Origin: Desulfurococcaceae archaeon
GTDB lineage: Archaea; Thermoproteota; Thermoprotei_A; Sulfolobales; Desulfurococcaceae
Assembly: GCA_038888155.1 (NCBI GenBank)
Contig: JAWAJB010000009.1
Location: 1-25,608, forward strand
Reading direction: 5' to 3'
DNA: 25,608 nt
The notes under the pieces: model-generated
The model's database searches: none
Told to the model about the DNA's origin: nothing
What the model saw: the letters and a program-made list of their open reading frames with translations, nothing else
Translations under genes and position numbers: made by a program
Shown: piece after piece, positions 1 to 9,241 of the stretch
Position numbering within the stretch: position 1 is the stretch's first letter
Layout: every line of letters begins with the position of its first letter

Positions 1-137
1 TGCAATTTCCTAGGGCGATAGGGACGTAGCTGGCGCTTTGAACGCCGTATACGCGTACGCGGAGGCCCGGGCCTTCTCCGAATCCCCCTGTGAGGGATGA
101 GATCGGATGGGTGGGGAAACAAGAAGTAGGGGGGTAC

Positions 138-254
138 TCATGTAGTAGCTATGTCCAATATCTTCTCAACGATATCCCTCGGTACAGTTTCATCGGTGAA
201 CTCCCTAATGGTTCTTCTGCTTTTAATAACCTCGGCCACCACCTCGACCAACAC
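138..254 (-). pseudogene. Nitroreductase N-terminal remnant (probably continues degraded toward the window edge)
   Basis: Manual translation gives VLVEVVAEVIKSRRTIREFTDETVPRDIVEKILDIATT*, matching the nitroreductase N-terminal motif (SRRSIR.F...VP...I..IL..A). TGA at 138-140 lies about where the Trp of 'A.WAPS' is expected. Confidence 0.7.
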
Positions 255-405
255 CAGATATCTACGGCTCCCGTATAATAAATTCTATGTTCAACCTTCA
301 CCGCGTCCTAGGCGCCGGGGATGATCAGCCTGGTTGGGGAAATTCGCGTGGCGAACCCAGTACACTTAGAATAACAATCCCGAGAAAGGGGCTTAGCACG
401 GGGGA

Positions 406-852
406 TTAAAAACGCTCTAGGCTAGGTGCGTTGTAAACAGCTAACGGTACACCAGTTCTCTTGGATATCGTTAACATAATGATTGTACCGATTATGCTCA
501 TGATCAACCCTATGACGAATAATGCTATACCCGTAGCTGGGGTCATTTGAAAGTACGGGGCGAGCGCCGTCACCATGTAACCTATGCCCATCGACGTGGC
601 AACCCACAGGCACTGGATAGCCCTTACAGCCACATCCTTCACGCTCTCGGCCTTCTTGACGTAGATCAACGGTATATAGACTACGCAGGTAACTGTTATA
701 ATGCCCCCAAGGGTAATGGCAAGGTAGAAGCCCCTATAATGCCCCGTAAACGGCGCAAGCGCCAGGCTTAGCATGCTGAGCACTAGCATGACCACTATGC
801 GCGAGAGTGCCCACTTCTTAAAGGTGATCACGTCTAAGCCCACTCCCGGCAC
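406..852 (-). CDS. Hypothetical integral membrane protein (about 4 TM), 2 nt downstream of the permease
   Basis: Uninterrupted 148-aa ORF with four long hydrophobic segments; tight spacing to the upstream gene. Confidence 0.65.
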   Translation of the reverse strand: MPGVGLDVITFKKWALSRIVVMLVLSMLSLALAPFTGHYRGFYLAITLGGIITVTCVVYIPLIYVKKAESVKDVAVRAIQCLWVATSMGIGYMVTALAPYFQMTPATGIALFVIGLIMSIIGTIIMLTISKRTGVPLAVYNAPSLERF

Positions 853-854
853 CC

Positions 855-2233
855 CTAGAAACCTGTTTCTCTCTCGAGCCAGACGCCAATTTCATACTTC
901 TTCCTCGCCCTCTGTAGCGGAACTATGAGAGCCAGGTACACGGCTACCGCTATCAGCAACGAGTTGAGCGCGCCTATTCCAGCGGGGTACATGTACGTAG
1001 TTACATATCCCACGATGCTTTCAACGATTACTGCCACCAGTCCCGGCACGTTTATGAGCGAGTACTTGGTCCCGGGACCGAAGGTGTATCTCTTCTCCGG
1101 CTCCTTAATACCTAGGACGTATTTCCTGAACACGTAGAAATCAGCAACCATTACTTCCCCAATGGGCGGTATCGTGATACCAAGCATTGTACCGAATGTT
1201 ATGAATGGCTCCAGGCTCATACCGTAAACTCCTGCCCACACGCCGGCTATTATTGTACCTATAATCCCCAGTATTAGTACCCAAGTTCTTCTCTTAAGTG
1301 GGATCACATTAACGAACGCCAGCGACCCGGACCACAAGTTGTTGTCATTTGTGGTCCACTGGCCTAAGATGGCGAGGAGTAGCGCCCCGGCACCAAGGCC
1401 TATCTGCGCTATGGCCACAATAACGTTGGGTGAGCCTGTGGCCAGGGTCATCACGGCCCCGACAAATAGCAACGCGGTCATGAATACAGTGACGTGGAGG
1501 AACCAGCCAGGACTTCCAGACCACTTTTTAATTCCATACCTGGAGACGTCTGAGGTTATTACACAACCAGCTGCGTATAGCCCGACGACGTAGGTTATTC
1601 CAGGGCCCCAGTCAGCTAAAACACTTGGAGGCGAAAGCTTCCACATTTCCTCGAGGCTTATACCCGTGTAGTCCAGGGCGGCGAAGAAGCCAAAATACAT
1701 AGCGTGTACCAAAACGGTACTGTCAGGTAACTTAGCACGCCTATCTCCTTGTAACCTATGTATGCAGTAGTCATCATGAGCAACCCACCCCATATGGAGG
1801 CGACGGCTATGCTAGCCCACGTTTGATCTGGGAAGATCACACTAGTGGTTAAGCCGAACAACTAGGTCTCCACGGCAAACCAGAGCAGGCCGGCCGACAT
1901 ACTGGAAATTATCAGTACACCTATCATGGCGCCAATTCTACCTAGAGGGTATCTTAGTAACATATATACGTTGGCCCTCGTAGCACCGCCCATGTACGCG
2001 GTCAAAGCCCCCCAGGACGCCGAGTATTATGTTACCTACAGTATTGTGGGCACGTCGTACATTAAGGCAAGTCCGGAACCGGCGAAGATGGCCGCTACTA
2101 CGGCTAATACACCCATATATACCATGAAGATGTTTAGAGTGGACCTTAGCTCGCCAGGGGGAACAATCGTGGTGGCATAATCTCCATAAACGTCCTTAAA
2201 GGATCGATGCGCTTCAGTTTGAGCGTCTCCCAC
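855..2233 (-). pseudogene. codB: Cytosine/purine permease (NCS1, CodB-like), multiply disrupted
   Basis: Fragments 2036-2233 (DYATTIVPP), ~1865-2035 (GNIILG..TAYMG, LRYPLGRIG), 1658-1861 and 855-1690 (DVSRY, QWTTNDNNLWSGSL, DFYV, INVPGL) line up as a CodB-like protein. Frameshifts at ~2040, ~2010 and ~1693; in-frame TAG at 1862-1864. Confidence 0.85.
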
Positions 2234-2450
2234 TAACGTACACCCTCTCTGGAGGAGACTATACAGTGCTTACCTGGTTAAAATACTTTTCTTTAAGGTC
2301 CTCTGATCCGCGTGGTAGAGGCCTTTGGGGTATCGGCTAAGTCGCGGGCTTTATCTCGGTTAGCCTATTTTAGGTTGCGAAATAAATCTTCTACCGGTAA
2401 TTGGTAACATTTATTGCGGGTTAAACACTATGATCAGCAGGTTGCGAGGT

Positions 2451-2510
2451 AGGGTGGGACACATATATCCCATCAGAAGGAGGGTGGGACACATATATCC
2501 GATTAAAGGG
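2451..2510 (+). repeat. 30-bp tandem repeat (2 copies) with a perfect 20-bp core AGGGTGGGACACATATATCC
   Basis: Core at 2451-2470 and 2481-2500; 26/30 identity over the full unit. Confidence 0.9.
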
Positions 2511-2511
2511 A

Positions 2512-2940
2512 GTGACAGTGGCTGTCAGAATAAAGCTGAGGATCGTTAGCAAATCCGGGGCGGAGGTAATCACATCGGCTTTGGTCAACTCGGGCTTTGA
2601 GGCCGAGACGCCGCAGCTTCTGGTTCCAAGACCGCTGGCATCGACTTTAAACCTGTGGCCACCGCCGCCTGAAGCCCAGCTAGTGGAGGTCGGAACAGCT
2701 GGAGGGCCTGTGAGGAATTACCTAGTCCCAAGAGCGCTTTACGTTTACGTGGAAACCGGGGACAGGAGGGTTGGACCTGTCGAGTGCGATGCTATGATCT
2801 CATTACTAGAATACGAAGTCCTAATAAGCGATAGGCTGGGCGGGGAGCTGGGAATAGTGATCCTCGACTTGAGGGGCAAGTGGAGGTTCACAGATGAGGA
2901 CCTGGTGAGGGTTACCGAGGCCCCTCAATACTGGTTCTAA
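2512..2940 (+). CDS. Retropepsin-like (clan AA aspartyl protease fold) archaeal protein with NSG in place of D(T/S)G
   Basis: ALVNSG motif, GTAGG flap-like motif, EVLISD...ELGI C-terminal motif; 142 aa, intact. Confidence 0.7.
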   Translation: MTVAVRIKLRIVSKSGAEVITSALVNSGFEAETPQLLVPRPLASTLNLWPPPPEAQLVEVGTAGGPVRNYLVPRALYVYVETGDRRVGPVECDAMISLLEYEVLISDRLGGELGIVILDLRGKWRFTDEDLVRVTEAPQYWF

Positions 2941-2982
2941 GGCATGATGATTAACCCTGCCACGGGCTAGTACTAGCTTCCG

Positions 2983-4512
2983 ATGAAATTTATTCTTCGC
3001 AAGGTTTGCCATCGAAGTTCGCGTCTAGCTTCGCCAAATGCGACCGTACTAGGGATTAGAAGTAGCCAGGAGCTGTACACGTTCTCGCGCGAGATAGCAA
3101 ACCTGCTAAAAGGTTACATTTACTCAGTATATCACGAAGGGGCGCAACCTTACTATCCCGTGTACTGCTGGTCAGACGACTTCAGCTATGCGGCATCAGG
3201 TATACCTGTTGTGGATGTTCGGGGACGTGACCCGTTGTTTTTAACAACGTTTTATCATACACAGTTCGACACCTTAGACAAAGTGTCTAGGGAAGCCATG
3301 TACGTGAGTCTCATAGTCTACGGGGTATACGCCATAAGGCTGGACAGGGCCCTTGTGCTACCCTACGACTTCACAGTGTGGGCAAGAGATCTTGCAGAAA
3401 AGATTGACCGGGAGGCCCTACTGATGGCGGGCTTAGACCCCAAGCCTCTCATAGAAGCCTTAAAGAGTTTTCACTCCACGGCCGAAAGGCAACTAAAGCT
3501 CGCAAATGAGCTTAGAGACCTCGTAACACGGGGCGTTAAAGTTGAAAAGAAATCCGTTGATCTAGCGAATAAATACCTGCTCGCAACAGCTAAGATCTTG
3601 AATTCCAGGCTTACAACGCTGGGCGGGCACGTACCCGAGGACACCCTATACCCCCACGAGCAATACCAGAGCGATTTCACGTACCTCAGAAAAGTCATCA
3701 GGGCACTCGAGATCGGCGACGTAGACGTTGCAATATCGAGCCTCGAGGGCGTGGCAGGTATGAGCTGGGGTAAGCATGTGAGCTACGAGGTCTTCAGGTA
3801 CCACTTGCTGAACAGAGTTGATCCCTCAAGAACGGATCTGTTTTGGGCTACTGGGAGGTTGGCAACCTACGTGGACGTTTACCATGACTATTATTCGCTC
3901 GTAAATAAGAAGGTTGCTGGCATAACAAATTACATTAGCGAAATAATGTCCCTGAGAATGAAGATCGCAACTGTGGTCGACAATCTCAGAGAGTCGGTCA
4001 CGAAGATTATAGGCGCGCTCGAGGAAGCTACACAGGCTCTGGATCTCGCGATCAAAAGTCTGCTCTACGCGATGCCGGCCGAGATAGCGCTGGTGCATGC
4101 AACTGGAGTCTCGAGTGTTACCATTGTGGGCAAGTACTTTAGCCCCAATTCCAGGGTAATGATTACGTGGGACGGCGAGCTCATACCAACCGTCCCGAGC
4201 CCTTTAATTACAAACGAGGAGGGGAGTTTTGTAGCTATAATAAGCGTCCCAACGCAGGTAACGCCGGGTCTCTATGTGATTGCCGCCACAGATGAAGAGG
4301 GCGAAACGGCGACCGCCAGGTTCACAGTAATCGACGTAAGAGGTCCGCAGGGACCTCAAGGACCCCAAGGACCGCCCGGGGAGCCGGCACCGCTTGGGTA
4401 TCTTGTTGCATCCTTGGCATTGTCCATAGCTGCCATAGTCATCGCGGTATTAACATCTGTGCGCAGATTAAGATGGTTCCCAGGCCCGCGTTTTTTACTT
4501 CAAGCTCTTTAA
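2983..4512 (+). pseudogene. N-terminally truncated M28 family peptidase with helical domain, beta-rich (Ig-like) domain, collagen-like linker and C-terminal TM anchor
   Basis: WSDDFSY...GIP...YHTQFDT is the C-terminal part of the M28 catalytic domain. The N-terminal Zn ligands and signal peptide are absent. The rest of the ORF is open and ends in GPQ repeats, a hydrophobic helix and RR. Confidence 0.7.
4342..4386 (+). repeat. Collagen-like Gly-X-Y coding repeat (GPQ GPQ GPQ GPP GEP)
   Basis: Direct translation; the codons are diverged between copies. Confidence 0.9.
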
Positions 4513-4597
4513 TTGTCTTAACCTCTCTCCTTTTGTGTTCAGCGGAGTCTTCTCGTAAAAATTGGGGAAAAGCTGGATAACATGAAGGGAGCATGAG

Positions 4598-4604
4598 AAA
4601 AAAA
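4598..4604 (-). terminator. Possible archaeal oligo-T terminator for aor-moaD
   Basis: T7 run on the minus strand about 65 nt after the moaD stop, between convergent genes. Confidence 0.35.
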
Positions 4605-4668
4605 CTTTGACCCCGTCCGATCCCCTCGTCGACGATGATTAAGGGCTCTCGTAGGCACCAAGCTTCGC

Positions 4669-4986
4669 TTAGACTTCCTGGATCTCGAGGCTACTACAAC
4701 CCCCCTCATACATCATTGTTATAACAACAATGTCCCCATCTTTAAGCTTCTCGTCAGCTCTCTGCGTAACTCTATTGTTGATCACGACGAGCACACCACT
4801 TCTAAAGTCATTTGTTTCCTCGTCGAATAGCTGTTCATAGAGCCTTTCACCGTGAATATCTAGCAATTTTTTCAGTAAATCCCTCATCGTGGAGCCGTTC
4901 TCCAGGGAAATGTCCTCCTCGTTAATTCCAGCAAGGTCCCTGAAATAGGGTGAGAGAAATCTTAACTTAACCCTTATGGAGTTCAT
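4669..4986 (-). CDS. moaD: MoaD/ThiS family ubiquitin-like sulfur carrier with a 9-aa extension after Gly-Gly
   Basis: VKLRF..FRDLAG, VLVVIN, LKDGDIV and EGG motifs; start overlaps the aor 3' end by 20 nt. Confidence 0.85.
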   Translation of the reverse strand: MNSIRVKLRFLSPYFRDLAGINEEDISLENGSTMRDLLKKLLDIHGERLYEQLFDEETNDFRSGVLVVINNRVTQRADEKLKDGDIVVITMMYEGGCSSLEIQEV

Positions 4987-6874
4987 CTACAACCCAGTCC
5001 AGGTCCAGTTCGTAGAGCTTAGCCTTTGTGGGTCTTCCCTCAGCATCCCAGCCTGCCATTTCGTAGAATAGTCTTAGCGCTTTCTCAAACTCTTCCCTAC
5101 TGATCTTCTGCCCAGACCTCGGCCCCGTTTCTAGCCCCTCGAAAAACCTCTCAGGCAGAGTATCCTCCTTGGACGTAAAGCCTTCGCGCACGTTAAAAGC
5201 CTTTACCAGGTTTATAACTCTCTCGCTGGCTTTCATCAGCTCCCATAAGCTAGTTTGCCAACCGGTAACGGCATTGACTATTTCAACCACGTGGTTGGGA
5301 TAGAAAACTCCAGCAGAGTGCGGCAACACCGTGAACTTGCAAAAACCAAGACAGTCTTCCAAACCCCACCACAGCCAGGTATAATATATTGCCTTAACCT
5401 TTGTGGGACCCAGGTCTAGTCTGTTAACGGTTTTCACCACGCCAAGTTGCATTAGGTCTACTCGTTGCCTCTCGAACGTGGGGTCGTGCGGAGCTTGCAG
5501 GTGATCAGCCCCAATTGGTGAGAGGGCGTAGGCCAGGCCAACCCCCACCTTGCCCCTGGGCTCGTGCATTGGTAGCTCCTTGCCCTTGACATGCATCGCG
5601 TACTTCTCCGCTCCTCTGCCTATTATCTCGGCAGCTTTCATAACGCCCTCGGCTAGTACGTTTCCGAAGCCCTCTTTCCTCAATATTTTGAGTAAAAGCT
5701 CGATCATCGCCTCCGCGTTCCCGAACCTGGGTTCGATGCCACTCAATTCATCTTTGTTCACGATACCCCTTTCATATAGTTCCATGGCGAATGCTATGGC
5801 TACGCCCGCGCTAATAGTGTCAACCCCGTGAGCGTTACAGAGCTGGTTAGCGTAGGCGATCGCACTGAGATCGCTTACGCCGCAGAGCGAGCCGAAGGCC
5901 CCTATGGTCTCGTACTCTGGACCGCCGTACTCGGGGTCAGTTTCGTAGGGGGGCGCGCCTTTTACAACGGGTTTACACCTAAGGGGGCAAGCAAAGCAAC
6001 CCTCGCGCTGGATCAGAATGGTCTTGTTGAGCGTTTCACCGCTGATCTCGTGCGCTTTCTCGAAGTAACCTGCTCTAAAGTTTAACGTCGGCAATATCCC
6101 GTCTTTGTTAAACGGGCTCACCAACTCAGCTGTTCCATAGGTACTCCTCGAGACAGCTCCGGGGAATTTTCTCCAGTTTTCATTAAACCAGCGAGTTAGC
6201 TCTAAGAGCTTCTTGTCATCGTAGAACTTGATGGTCCTCCTAGTCGCCCTTACGGCCACGGCTTTAAGCCTCTTAGAACCCATTACAGCACCCATACCAC
6301 CTCTCCCAGCAGCATACCTGTGATCAAATATTACGTTAGCGAATTTCACGAGCTTCTCACCGGCCGGACCGATGCAGGCAACTCGTGCAAGGGGTTCTTC
6401 GACCTCTCTTCTGATCTCCATTACTGTTTCCTTCGTGAATTTACCCCAGAGATGCGATGCGTCTCTAAGCTCTGCGTGGCCATCTTTGATCCACAGGTAC
6501 ACGGGTTTCTCAGCGACGCCCTCGAACACTATCGCGTCGAAGCCAGCGTACTTTAGTTCGGGCGCGAAAAAACCCCCGGCCTCCCCCTCACCGTAGGTAC
6601 CCGTCAACGGAGATTTGGCGGCCACTGTTACTCTGTTAACGCCAGGCACTGGTGCACCGGTGATAGCGCTCACGGCGAACACGAGCTTGTTCTCCGGGCC
6701 GAGGGGATCTATGCGGGGCCTTAGCTCCCTGAATAGCACGTAGGCGGCGAAGCCTCTTCCCCCGAGGTACATTCTATAGATCTCGTCTGGCACGTCTTCG
6801 ACTTTAACCTCGCCACTGGTCAGGTTGATTCTTAGCCATTTGCCATTATAGCCGAAAGGCATGCAGGTCCCCAT
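4967..6874 (-). CDS. aor: Aldehyde:ferredoxin oxidoreductase family (tungstopterin, 4Fe-4S)
   Basis: YLGGRG, KSPLTG, CIGPAGE, AAGRGGMGAVMGSKRLKA, CFACPLRC, EYET, GVDTIS, DCLGFCKF and GWD..GRPT motifs; 635 aa, intact. Confidence 0.95.
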   Translation of the reverse strand: MGTCMPFGYNGKWLRINLTSGEVKVEDVPDEIYRMYLGGRGFAAYVLFRELRPRIDPLGPENKLVFAVSAITGAPVPGVNRVTVAAKSPLTGTYGEGEAGGFFAPELKYAGFDAIVFEGVAEKPVYLWIKDGHAELRDASHLWGKFTKETVMEIRREVEEPLARVACIGPAGEKLVKFANVIFDHRYAAGRGGMGAVMGSKRLKAVAVRATRRTIKFYDDKKLLELTRWFNENWRKFPGAVSRSTYGTAELVSPFNKDGILPTLNFRAGYFEKAHEISGETLNKTILIQREGCFACPLRCKPVVKGAPPYETDPEYGGPEYETIGAFGSLCGVSDLSAIAYANQLCNAHGVDTISAGVAIAFAMELYERGIVNKDELSGIEPRFGNAEAMIELLLKILRKEGFGNVLAEGVMKAAEIIGRGAEKYAMHVKGKELPMHEPRGKVGVGLAYALSPIGADHLQAPHDPTFERQRVDLMQLGVVKTVNRLDLGPTKVKAIYYTWLWWGLEDCLGFCKFTVLPHSAGVFYPNHVVEIVNAVTGWQTSLWELMKASERVINLVKAFNVREGFTSKEDTLPERFFEGLETGPRSGQKISREEFEKALRLFYEMAGWDAEGRPTKAKLYELDLDWVVDELHKG

Positions 6875-6895
6875 GGGTATACTATAGGGGAGAAA

Positions 6896-6904
6896 GGTTT
6901 TAAA
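6896..6904 (-). promoter_or_regulatory. Putative TATA box for aor (possible leaderless transcript)
   Basis: TTTAAAA on the minus strand about 25 nt upstream of the ATG at 6874. Confidence 0.4.
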
Positions 6905-7285
6905 CAGCAGCCAACCCCACTCGCTACCAGGCGGAGAGGCGGCTTAAAAACTTGGAGGTATCAAAAATATGAAGCCGAGTACGCACTTAGCGCACGTTTA
7001 AGTGTTAACATGGGCTAACATTTCCGTTGGTCGGCGTGGAACCGACATTCATTGTACTGTGGACAGCGCCGGCGACTGGTTTGTTAGCCGTAGCGCATAT
7101 AAGCACTATCCTGGGTCTCGATACGGCCTCTCGCCGGAAGCGGGGCATTTGTTTAGTTGCTTAAGAGGAATCGCCCGGATTCTCCGGATGGATCGTGGCC
7201 AACGCTCGTTTTTACTTTACATCTATGCTTCCCGAAGTTTTTACCCTCTAAAATTTAATGCTTCTTAGAGGGGGTTGGGCTAAAA

Positions 7286-8526
7286 GTGTGCCATGGCTAC
7301 TCACCTAGCAGGAAGAGGGGTTGGATATCAATAGTGGCCGGTACAATCATTACTTCCGTACTTGGGGCCTCTTATGCATATAGCGCGTACAGGGTAGCCC
7401 TAGAGACGCTCTGGGGTAGCTCCTTCTTGGCCTCTTTACCCTTCTCCGTGTTTATTGCTACATTTGCTTTCTCAAGCATTATGGGAGGAAAAAATATACA
7501 GCGCAAAGGGAATCAAGACCTCATCGGCTCTGAGCATGTTCCTGGTGTCATCGGGGCTTGCGTTTTCGTCGCTTATAGAATACGTTATCAGCCCCCTATA
7601 CCTCGTGGTAACGTATGGCATCTTAACGGGCCTGGGAAACGGTTTCGGCTATATTTCCGTAGTTACCTTGGCCAGAAAGTGGTTCCCGGATAGGGTAGGG
7701 CTGGCCACGGGAATTGTTATATTTGGTTACGGCGGTAGTGCCCTCTTCTTTGCCCCCTAAAGACCACTTTAATAGATATCCACGGTCTTTCGATGACTTT
7801 TCTAGTAATGGGATTAATTTCGGCTATCCTGGGAGCCGTAGCATGCTATATTATAATGGACCCGCCGGAAGATATCGTGAAGCACTTTTCCACCCTCGGT
7901 AAGAAGAGGGCTGTAATTCCAAAAAGAGATCTGGGTCCGAGAGAGATAATTAGGACAGGAGATTTCTGGGTTATGTGGACGAGCTTTTTCCTCGTCAGCG
8001 CGGCCGGGCTCATGCTAATTGGCCACCTGATGAGCTTGACCCTGTCGAGGGGCTTTAACCCTATCGAGGCGTCGCTCGCCATAAGCGTCTTCTCTGTCAC
8101 GAACGCACTAGGAAGGCCCCCGCTGGTTGGATCTCGGATAAGCTGGGGAGGTACGGTAGGCCTATCACAATGATCGTGTTTTTCTTCATACAAAGTTTCA
8201 TATTTATAGGCCTAGCCCTAAACGTGTTCGAAGCGAGCGCTTTGTTCGGAGCGGCGGCGTTGGCGGGTTTTTTCTATGGATCGGCTCTGGCCTTGTACCC
8301 GGCTTTGACCGGGGATTTCTTTGGCCTTAAACACCTTTCTACAAACTATTCGCTCGTCTTCACGGGGTGGGGGATAGCTGGATTGGTATCGCCTTCGTTG
8401 GGCGGGTACTTCGTGGATCTAACGGGGGGCTACGAACTTGCGCTGATAATTTTCGGCGTATTCAGCTTAGCGGGATCTTCTACGTGCCTTTACCTGTTGA
8501 AAAGATTAAAGCTCTACCTAGAATAA
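7286..8526 (+). pseudogene. MFS transporter, oxalate/formate antiporter (OFA/OxlT-like) family, three frameshifts
   Basis: YAYS, GLGNGFGY, KWFPDRVGLATG, GYGG, DFWVMW, NALGR, YPALTGDFFG..H..TNY motifs spread across frames. Shifts at A6 7489-7494, C5 7753-7757 and C5 8117-8121. The start is uncertain. Confidence 0.88.
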
Positions 8527-8662
8527 AATACGAAGGTCCCGCAACGGGCCGGCTTCATTGAATAGTCCCTTTGTTATGATGCAATCCACGTGGTCGAGGA
8601 CGTCGTAATGCGTTAAGTAACACATACAAAGGTTCGCCATAGACCGGGTTCTGGGTGAACCG

Positions 8663-9241
8663 GTGCGGAGCTCGTTAGCGAAGGTTTTGCTGTACACATG
8701 GCGGTTCACTGGGTTAATGGCCGTGGTCCTAGCCTGGGCTATAATACCGATCAGCTTGCATAAACCCCTGGTTCAACGTGCTCGTACACGCCCTAAGCGA
8801 CCTGGGCTCCCCGAGAGCCAACCCCCCGGAGGTGTACAACTTCGGTCTCATAGCCACGGGGTTTTTGGCCTGCCTTTTCGCGCTCTATCTCGCACGATCA
8901 TCAAGCACCAAGACAGCCACGTTTGCCTCTGCCTTGCTTTTCGTGGCGGAAATATTCCTTGCCTTAATAGGCGTTTACCCAGCTGGTACGCGGCCACACG
9001 TGTTTGGTACTTCTTCGCGCAGACATGGCTCGCCATCGTGGCCTTTGCCATTGACTCCTACCACACGGGGCGCTACCTGCTGGCAACATTGTTCGTGCTG
9101 GTAGCAATAATGGGGCCCCCAGGCGCGTTGCTCATCAAATGGCCTTCGGTAGCATTGCTGGAAATATACGGCATAATTCTGGTTGATATCTTTGTCGCGG
9201 GGCTCACGTTGGCGCATAGACCGAGTGCGCCTGGCAATTGA
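8663..9241 (+). pseudogene. DUF998-like membrane protein, frameshifted
   Basis: INPWFN...HALSDLG....PEVYNFGLI and LIGVYP...PH motifs sit in an alternate frame between ~8755 and ~9005; the flanks (WPSVALLE) are in the 8663 frame. Confidence 0.7.

Noticed and set aside
2451-2500. Direct repeat as a mini CRISPR array
   Set aside because: Only two 20-bp copies with a 10-bp gap; wrong sizes, no leader and no cas genes.
2944-3000. C/D box sRNA starting at ATGATGA
   Set aside because: A C-box-like motif is present but there is no CTGA D or D' box at suitable spacing.
5550-6596. Antisense and alternate-frame ORFs over aor (and similarly over codB, lipS1, M32 and the MFS genes)
   Set aside because: Shadow ORFs of well-supported genes with no independent evidence.
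7002-7268. 88-aa ORF between aor and the OFA gene
   Set aside because: No recognisable motif and atypical composition; likely spurious.
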